From Desulfuromonadales bacterium (GTDB taxonomy: Bacteria; Desulfobacterota; Desulfuromonadia; Desulfuromonadales; BM103): 32,128 nucleotides of DNA. The position numbers and the translations under genes are program-made. This document shows, piece after piece, positions 26,582-32,128 of this stretch. Every line of letters begins with the position of its first letter. The first letter of the stretch is position 1. The DNA is taken from NCBI GenBank assembly GCA_040882925.1, contig JBFLJZ010000350.1, forward strand, positions 1 through 32,128, read 5' to 3'. The notes beneath the pieces are model-generated. The model was not told where the DNA came from. It saw only the letters and a program-made list of their open reading frames with translations, and did not search any database.

Positions 26582-27610
26582 TCAGGTGCGCGGCAGCACC
26601 AGGCTTGTTGCCTGATCTTCCTCAAAGCGTCCAGATTTTTCTGAATAGCTCCTGACACGCATCGTCAATTGCCGATTTTCGCCATTTTGCTTGAGCATAT
26701 ACAGGTTGTAGCTGGCACAACGTCTCGCATGCGGATTCAGTTCCGAAGCGGATGGCGCGCCAACCACAGGGATATTTCCGACAGGCGTCCAAACCTCGGT
26801 ATATGTCGGGGCATGCGTATGTCCGTGCAGCACCAGTTCTGCGCCGTATCGGCCAATGAGCTCGGTCAATGCGCTGCTGTTATCAAGCCGCTTGCGCCAT
26901 TTTATGCTGCCCGGAACCGGCGGGTGATGGACCAGTATGACTCTTAGCAAGCCAGCATCGCCGGTTGTTTGCAGAAGCTTTGCAAATGTGTCCAGCTGCT
27001 TTTGATCAAGACTGCCGACGGCAAGAAAAGGGAGGCTGGGTCGCGCCGAGCAAAGGCCAAGCAGGGCGATCGGACCGCGAATGCGCAGACTGGGGAAAAA
27101 TCCTGTTTTGTGGCGATTTTCCCTCTCATTATCGGATTTTAGGTAAGCCGCCCACACCGAGAGTTGATCGGCCCAGTCCTGACCGACATAGGCTTCATGG
27201 TTGCCCGGAATCACGGTGACTTGGTCCGGTGGCCCCAGCTGTGACAGCCATTGAGCGGCTTCGGCAAACTCGTCGGGCAGACCGAGATGAGTCAGGTCGC
27301 CGGTCACGGCAATATGATCAGGCCGGGTTGTTTTGAGGTCCTCGAGTAAGGCTTCGACGATCTCGGATCGGTGGACAAAACGACGCTTGCGCCACCATGA
27401 CAGGTAGCCCAGCATGCGCTTGTTGAGCAGTGGGCTGATTGCCGTATTGTTGAGGGAAGTCAGGTGAAGATCTGAAAGATGTGCTAAGCAAAAGTTACCA
27501 GGTCGTGTCAACTGGGTTGATCCAGTGTTATTCTCTGTCGTGAGTGACGCTTTCTCTGTCTTTACATCCACCATGAGGGGAGTATATAGTAGCGACCTTG
27601 TTTTTTCCAC
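26582..27610 (-). CDS. Calcineurin-like metallophosphoesterase
   Basis: The full motif set is present: LSDLHL (DxH), VTGDLTH (GDxxD), PGNHE (GNHE), ILVHHPP and LHGHTH. The start is uncertain: GTG at 27610 or ATG at 27574. Confidence 0.8.
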   Translation of the reverse strand: MEKTRSLLYTPLMVDVKTEKASLTTENNTGSTQLTRPGNFCLAHLSDLHLTSLNNTAISPLLNKRMLGYLSWWRKRRFVHRSEIVEALLEDLKTTRPDHIAVTGDLTHLGLPDEFAEAAQWLSQLGPPDQVTVIPGNHEAYVGQDWADQLSVWAAYLKSDNERENRHKTGFFPSLRIRGPIALLGLCSARPSLPFLAVGSLDQKQLDTFAKLLQTTGDAGLLRVILVHHPPVPGSIKWRKRLDNSSALTELIGRYGAELVLHGHTHAPTYTEVWTPVGNIPVVGAPSASELNPHARRCASYNLYMLKQNGENRQLTMRVRSYSEKSGRFEEDQATSLVLPRT

Positions 27611-27686
27611 TGGGGATTATGTCGCTAGCGATCATTAGATAGGCTCGATTCAGTTTCTGAAGTCTTCAAAAAAACAACACACCGAG

Positions 27687-28904
27687 TTGACGACTATGCC
27701 AATCCATCTACGAATAATTCAGGAAAGCCCAGTCCAATTGTGGGGGCTATCCTCTCGTGAGCGCCTTGAGCGCATGCTAAACAAAGAGGGCATCTCCATC
27801 AACCATTATGATGGCACATGCCCTGTTCATAAAGAAGATACTGTCCTGCTTCTGCGAGGCGATTATCTCTACGATCAACGTATTATCATCAACATGATAG
27901 AAACGGTCGGGATCATTCTTGAAACTAGCTCCAATCAAAACCCACAGCCGGTCGCTGCATATGTAAATGGTGACAAGGCTAATGCTGTAGAGACGATCAT
28001 CACTGAAGGTCGCTCTGATGATTATCCGGACGGCTTGCGCCCAGAGTCTGCCGAGAGCCTGGTTCCTGTATACCAAAAAAAACTGCGTAAAATTGATCCG
28101 CCGTACCTCTTGCCGATCTCTGAAAATAACCGGCGGAATTTGGAAAAACGGCTCTTTGACGGTTCTTATAAAGGTGTGACCGACCTGGTGACCAAGTGGC
28201 TCTGGCCGGTACCAGCACAATGGGTCACCGGGTTGTGTGCTCGAAACGGCATCACCCCGAACCATGTTACCAGTATGAGCCTGGTCCTTTCCGTTTTGGC
28301 CCTCTTTCAGTTTTACGAGGGTGCTTATGCCTGGGGGTTGATCTCTGCATGGTTGATGACTTTTCTGGATACGGTAGACGGCAAATTGGCCAGAGTTACG
28401 ATCAATTATAGCCCCTTCGGGAACATCTTTGATCACGGTATCGACCTCATCTTCCCACCACTCTGGTATATCGCTTGGGGGATGAGCTTGCATTCAGTCA
28501 ATACGGAAATCATCGGTATTTCAGTGCCATGGATACTCTGGTTAACTGTAATAGGTTATATTGCAGGCAGGCTCTGTGAGGGAATCTTTAAGCGTTTCCT
28601 GGAATCTTCAGGTATATTTTGTTGGCAACCTATTGACTCCTGTTTCAGGCTGATCACCGGACGACGAAATCCGAACCTGGTCCTTTTTACCTTTTTCCTT
28701 CTCTTTGGACATCCCGACCTTGGTCTCTTTGCCGTCTGTATGTGGACCGTCCTCTCAAGTATGTTTCTAATACACCGGCTGATAAGAGGCTTCCAGTATC
28801 GCAATCAATCAGGTCCATTGCGTTCATGGTTCCTTGATGTCGACCCTTCTGATGAATCACTGACGTTCTTTCAGAGATGGTTCTGCCGCCGCCCTCAGGC
28901 CTGA
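27687..28904 (+). CDS. CDP-alcohol phosphatidyltransferase-family membrane protein with an N-terminal soluble (degenerate nucleotidyltransferase-like) extension
   Basis: DTVDGKLARVTINYSPFGNIFDHGID matches D(x)2DG(x)2AR(x)8G(x)3D(x)3D exactly. Multiple TM helices lie downstream, and about 170 soluble residues lie upstream. The start is TTG at 27687 or, perhaps more likely, ATG at 27696 (MPIHLRII...). Confidence 0.85.
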   Translation: MTTMPIHLRIIQESPVQLWGLSSRERLERMLNKEGISINHYDGTCPVHKEDTVLLLRGDYLYDQRIIINMIETVGIILETSSNQNPQPVAAYVNGDKANAVETIITEGRSDDYPDGLRPESAESLVPVYQKKLRKIDPPYLLPISENNRRNLEKRLFDGSYKGVTDLVTKWLWPVPAQWVTGLCARNGITPNHVTSMSLVLSVLALFQFYEGAYAWGLISAWLMTFLDTVDGKLARVTINYSPFGNIFDHGIDLIFPPLWYIAWGMSLHSVNTEIIGISVPWILWLTVIGYIAGRLCEGIFKRFLESSGIFCWQPIDSCFRLITGRRNPNLVLFTFFLLFGHPDLGLFAVCMWTVLSSMFLIHRLIRGFQYRNQSGPLRSWFLDVDPSDESLTFFQRWFCRRPQA

Positions 28905-29917
28905 ACGTTATGAACAATCTCGACAATCGCCCCCTCGGGCAAGCCGGTGATGACTACAACAATGGCCGATGCCTTAAGGTGGGTGTCCTGACCAACCCGC
29001 TGAGCGGCGGCAACAAGAAGGAGGGCAGGGCGATCTGCCGGCTCCTCAAAGACTGGCCTGATGTCATACATCGCGAAGCATCCGAGCCTGAAAGCTTCCT
29101 CCAGGCTCTTGCCGATTTCTCAGGCAATGGCGTCGAACTGCTGGTTGTCAACGGTGGAGATGGGACGGTCCAGGCGATTCTGACAATTCTCGGCAATGAA
29201 AAAAAAATTGCGCGGCCACCGCTGCTATCGCTGTTGTGTGCCGGGACAACCAGCATGCTGCCGAGAGATGTTGGTGTGGACGGTTCTCCCGTCGTGGCCC
29301 TGCAACGCATCCTGAATTGGTCGAAATCGACGAACAAGGATCTTGTCGTTCAGTCACGGTCGATATTGCGGGTCCAGAGAGATTCGGACACCCTCTACGG
29401 CATGTTTTTCGGTGCCGGGGCAATCTGCGAAGGCATCAGGATCTTCCATAGCAAGGACAACCCCATGGGTTGGCGCGGTCAACTGATGCCGACGTTAACC
29501 ATCTTGCGCCTGCTGCTGGCAATATTGTGCAACAGGGTTCCGCCTTTCATCAACAGCACCCGAATCAATGACGGCAGAGACGAAAAACGGGCCGATCTTT
29601 TTGTCCTCACCAGCACCCTTGACCGACTATTCCTCGGCATGCGCCCGTACTGGGGGACCGAAAACGGTCCGTTGCGCTACACGGCGGTAAAGACGAAACC
29701 GAAATACTTGTTGAGGGTTTTATTCTCACTGTTTGGCTCCGGTCGCTGCCGGCTTGCGACACCGGCAAATGGATATTCCAGTCACAACGTCGAAGAAGTG
29801 CAGCTGGACATGGAGGGGGATTTCACCCTCGATGGTGAACTGTACACCAAAGGCAAGCAGCCGATTACGATATCTTCAGCCGGTCCGGCACGGTTTGTTT
29901 GTTCAAGTCGATTCTGA
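28877..29917 (+). CDS. Diacylglycerol-kinase-family lipid kinase (candidate ceramide/DAG kinase)
   Basis: DAGK_cat motifs are VLTNPLSGGNK, VVNGGDGTVQAIL and LCAGTTSMLPRDVG. The start is either ATG 28877 (overlapping the upstream gene by 28 nt) or ATG 28910 (5 nt after its stop). Confidence 0.8.
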   Translation: MVLPPPSGLNVMNNLDNRPLGQAGDDYNNGRCLKVGVLTNPLSGGNKKEGRAICRLLKDWPDVIHREASEPESFLQALADFSGNGVELLVVNGGDGTVQAILTILGNEKKIARPPLLSLLCAGTTSMLPRDVGVDGSPVVALQRILNWSKSTNKDLVVQSRSILRVQRDSDTLYGMFFGAGAICEGIRIFHSKDNPMGWRGQLMPTLTILRLLLAILCNRVPPFINSTRINDGRDEKRADLFVLTSTLDRLFLGMRPYWGTENGPLRYTAVKTKPKYLLRVLFSLFGSGRCRLATPANGYSSHNVEEVQLDMEGDFTLDGELYTKGKQPITISSAGPARFVCSSRF

Positions 29918-29936
29918 AGCTTTATGCTAAAAACCT

Positions 29937-30905
29937 ATGAATAACATGTATAAAGAAAACTATGAAAAAATCATAGAATTGATTGGATCGCAGCCGGAAC
30001 AGGACTTGCCAGCCGGCATCATTGCCCTGGCTGACGCAGCTCGTGAACGGCACGGCGAGTCTGTTCGCGCGGTGCTTTTTTACGGCTCCTGTCTACGGTC
30101 GGGTAATCTGTCTGAGGGCCTTGCCGATCTTTACATTTTGGTGGATGACTATAAATCGGCATTCAATAGTCGCATCCCGGCTTTTTTCAACAAACTGCTG
30201 CCACCCAACGTCTTTTACCTGGAAATCCCGGTTGAAAATCATGTGCTGCGTGCCAAATATGCCGTCCTGACGGTGGCAGACTTTCGCAAGGGCACGAAGC
30301 ATTGGTTCCATTCCTATCTGTGGGGCAGATTCGCCCAAAAAACCGGCATAATCTACGTTTGTGATGGAGATGTTCAAGACCAGGTATTAGCAGCTTTGGC
30401 CTGTGCTGTCATGAGATTTGCATCTCAAACACTGCCACAGATGGATGCAAGGTTTTCTGCACGCGACCTTTGGCTGAGAGGCCTTGCCCTCAGTTATCGC
30501 TCGGAATTGCGTACCGAAGATCCGGAGAGGGCCGCAGAACGTTTGTTTGACGCCAATCCGGCGTACTATCGGGCGTTGACCCGGCTCGCTCTTGAAGCAT
30601 TGCCTTTAAAGGTAAATGCCAATGAAGACTCAGAGACTTATTGCTACCCTGTTGAGCTATCGGGGACAGCCAGGCGTTTAAATGTTTGGGGCTGGCGCGC
30701 AAGACTCCTGCAGGGCAAGGTCCTTTCGCTTCTGAGGCTTTTGAAAGGGTTTTTCACTTTTGAAGGCGGCATAGACTACATTCTTTGGAAAATAGAAAGA
30801 CACTCTGGCGTCCGTGTAGAAGTCGGGGCAACTTTGCGACGTTTTCCGCCGATTGCTATGGTCGTTATCTTTTGGCGCTTGTATCGTCAGGATGCTTTTC
30901 GTTAA
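29937..30905 (+). CDS. Tam41/Mmp37-like nucleotidyltransferase (mitochondrial-type phosphatidate cytidylyltransferase family), tentative
   Basis: This pattern recalls Tam41: VLFYGSCLRSG...LADLYILVDDY...VFYLEIPV...LRAKYAVLTVADFRKGTKHWFHSYLWGRFAQKTGIIYV. In Tam41 the equivalent is YGSGVF...D.I..V...YFNP.V...IKYGV....L..DL..W..LY.AGR..KPV. This is recognised from memory, not searched. Confidence 0.45.
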   Translation: MNNMYKENYEKIIELIGSQPEQDLPAGIIALADAARERHGESVRAVLFYGSCLRSGNLSEGLADLYILVDDYKSAFNSRIPAFFNKLLPPNVFYLEIPVENHVLRAKYAVLTVADFRKGTKHWFHSYLWGRFAQKTGIIYVCDGDVQDQVLAALACAVMRFASQTLPQMDARFSARDLWLRGLALSYRSELRTEDPERAAERLFDANPAYYRALTRLALEALPLKVNANEDSETYCYPVELSGTARRLNVWGWRARLLQGKVLSLLRLLKGFFTFEGGIDYILWKIERHSGVRVEVGATLRRFPPIAMVVIFWRLYRQDAFR

Positions 30906-31176
30906 TCTCTTCCGCTAATCACAGGCACAATCAGTAGGGTTCTATGATGTGAAAAATCCCCTGCGCCAGCTTGCTAACGCATTTCAGTTTTAGCCAAATA
31001 GCGTAGGTCAGAGACAATTAACAGTCTCCTGTAAGCACAGCGCTTGTCGATCAATATTGCAGCGGCACACTTCTGCTTCATCATAGTACCAAAATTGGTC
31101 TCGATATAGACCGCAGAAATGTCTAAGTATCTGATTATTTGTGGTTTTTAAAAGTTCTCCGATTGAAATATTTATT

Positions 31177-31192
31177 TGGCTTGTTTTCTGCT
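31177..31192 (+). promoter_or_regulatory. Possible sigma-54 -24/-12 promoter upstream of the REC-PilZ gene
   Basis: TGGCTT-GTTTT-CTGCT has exact GG-N10-GC spacing and lies 48 nt upstream of the ATG at 31240. It is a weaker match than the site at 20889-20904. Confidence 0.35.
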
Positions 31193-31239
31193 TTCTAGTC
31201 TCGTAAACAAAGCCCTCATTTACCTTTAAGGATGAACAT

Positions 31240-32022
31240 ATGAAAGAGAGTCAGAACTTAAAATCCACGTTCGGCCTGACAAGGCCTGCGGTGTCATTCA
31301 AAGAGACCAAAAGGAAAATACTTTTGGTTGACGATGTAAGTTTGTTTATAGAACTTGAAAAGACATTTCTGCAACGCAAGGAAGTCTTCGAAATCCTTTC
31401 TGCCAAGAGTGGTGAAGAGGCCCTCAAGATCATCGAAGCTGAACGTCCTGACCTTATTTACATGGACCTGTATATGCCGGGGATGGATGGCGATGAATGC
31501 TGCCGGCTGATAAAGGCGTCAGAGAACGGCAAGCATATACCGATCGTAATGGTTACATCTGCTGGTGGCGAAGAGGACAAGTCCCGCTGTATCGATGCAG
31601 GTTGCGACGGTGTCATTACCAAGCCGATCAAACGGACCATGTTTCTGTCTTTTGCCAAAAAGTACCTCGATGTTAACGAACGGAAGGAGCCCAGATACGC
31701 TTCGCATATTAAAATTAAGTTCGGCGAGCAGAGGGACATGCTGCTGACCGATTACACGGTCAATATCAATACCGGCGGTATATTTGTATCATCGACCAAA
31801 CTCTTTCCAGTCGGCACACATCTTTTCCTTGAATTCAGTTTACCCAAGATTGACAAAGTCGTCTCTTGCCGAACCCGGGTCGCCTGGGTCAATGAAGGGG
31901 TGCCACCCTTAAAACGTGATCTTCCTGTCGGTATGGGTCTGGGCTTCGTCGGGATCAGCCTGAATGAAATGAATGTGATACGGGAATATATCAAGAGCAA
32001 TGATCTCGCCGCGGACTGGTAG
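31240..32022 (+). CDS. Response-regulator receiver domain fused to a PilZ (c-di-GMP-binding) domain
   Basis: The REC domain has KILLVDDV, the phospho-acceptor region DLIYMDLYMPGMDG, and VMVTSA...KPI. The C-terminal PilZ motifs are RKEPRY (RxxxR) and DYTVNINTGGIFV (D/NxSxxG-like). GGATGA lies upstream of the ATG. Confidence 0.8.
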   Translation: MKESQNLKSTFGLTRPAVSFKETKRKILLVDDVSLFIELEKTFLQRKEVFEILSAKSGEEALKIIEAERPDLIYMDLYMPGMDGDECCRLIKASENGKHIPIVMVTSAGGEEDKSRCIDAGCDGVITKPIKRTMFLSFAKKYLDVNERKEPRYASHIKIKFGEQRDMLLTDYTVNINTGGIFVSSTKLFPVGTHLFLEFSLPKIDKVVSCRTRVAWVNEGVPPLKRDLPVGMGLGFVGISLNEMNVIREYIKSNDLAADW

Positions 32023-32128
32023 ACAATGTAGCATGTCATCGAAAAGCGAAGTAAACGTCGCACGTCATTCATGGCCAGAGACTGCAAAGCCTATAAGTTT
32101 ACATAATATATATTATGCGACGTTATAT

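Noticed and set aside
27611-27626. GG-N10-GC spacing (TGGGGA-TTATG-TCGCT) upstream of the CDP-alcohol transferase operon. A similar element is at 7087-7102 (TGGATA-AAGGA-TCGCT) upstream of the PLD gene.
   Set aside because: Only the GG/GC dinucleotides and spacing match. The flanking consensus positions (TGGCAC, TTGCW) are poor, and the 7087 site is more than 200 nt from the start codon. These are too weak to call as sigma-54 promoters.
32054-32124. A 9-bp inverted repeat, AACGTCGCA (32054-32062) / TGCGACGTT (32116-32124), at the right window edge.
   Set aside because: The arms are short and separated by about 53 nt of AT-rich sequence, and the window end truncates the context. It cannot be told apart from chance or from a terminator or mobile-element end.
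1-32128. A search by eye for tRNA/rRNA genes, CRISPR arrays, IS elements or transposases, integrases and prophage genes.
   Set aside because: No regularly spaced repeats and no cloverleaf-like GC-rich segments were seen in the AT-rich intergenic regions. No ORF in the six-frame track has transposase, integrase or phage hallmarks.

Overview
About 32 kb of chromosomal DNA from a moderately GC-rich Gram-negative bacterium. The protein flavour and two sigma-54-type promoters suggest a Desulfuromonadales/Geobacter-like organism, but that is a guess. All calls rest on motif and family recognition by eye, with no BLAST or HMM search. The left 4.5 kb is housekeeping: the 3' part of carB, greA, a small DUF1858 redox protein, and recG. 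The region from about 4.5 to 31 kb reads as one large envelope-lipid locus. (i) An MsbA-like ABC exporter sits upstream of a secreted RMD1-like TPR protein. (ii) A visibly AT-richer block carries a two-HKD phospholipase-D-family protein, a GT4 glycosyltransferase and a sulfotransferase. (iii) A tightly packed nine-gene minus-strand operon lies behind a good sigma-54 promoter. It joins a sphingolipid-type core module (fatty acyl-AMP ligase, SDR reductase, ACP, serine-palmitoyltransferase-like alpha-oxoamine synthase) to a nonulosonic-acid module (HP-motif transferase-like protein, Gfo/Idh/MocA oxidoreductase, NeuB fused to a cupin isomerase domain, HAD phosphatase, NeuA-like cytidylyltransferase). 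(iv) A plus-strand group has a large GNAT (candidate ceramide synthase), a degenerate MobA-like nucleotidyltransferase, a TagD-like cytidylyltransferase and lptF/lptG. (v) A metallophosphoesterase is divergent from an operon of CDP-alcohol phosphatidyltransferase, DAG-kinase-family lipid kinase and a Tam41/Mmp37-like (mitochondrial-type CDP-lipid synthase) protein. The window ends with a sigma-54-preceded receiver-PilZ protein. I saw no tRNA, rRNA, CRISPR array, transposase or phage gene. The most interesting hypotheses are a ulosonic-acid-decorated, possibly sulfated or phospho-headgroup sphingolipid, and a kinase / Tam41-like / CDP-alcohol-transferase route that could run through a CDP-activated ceramide. 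Both are inferences needing experimental or database confirmation.
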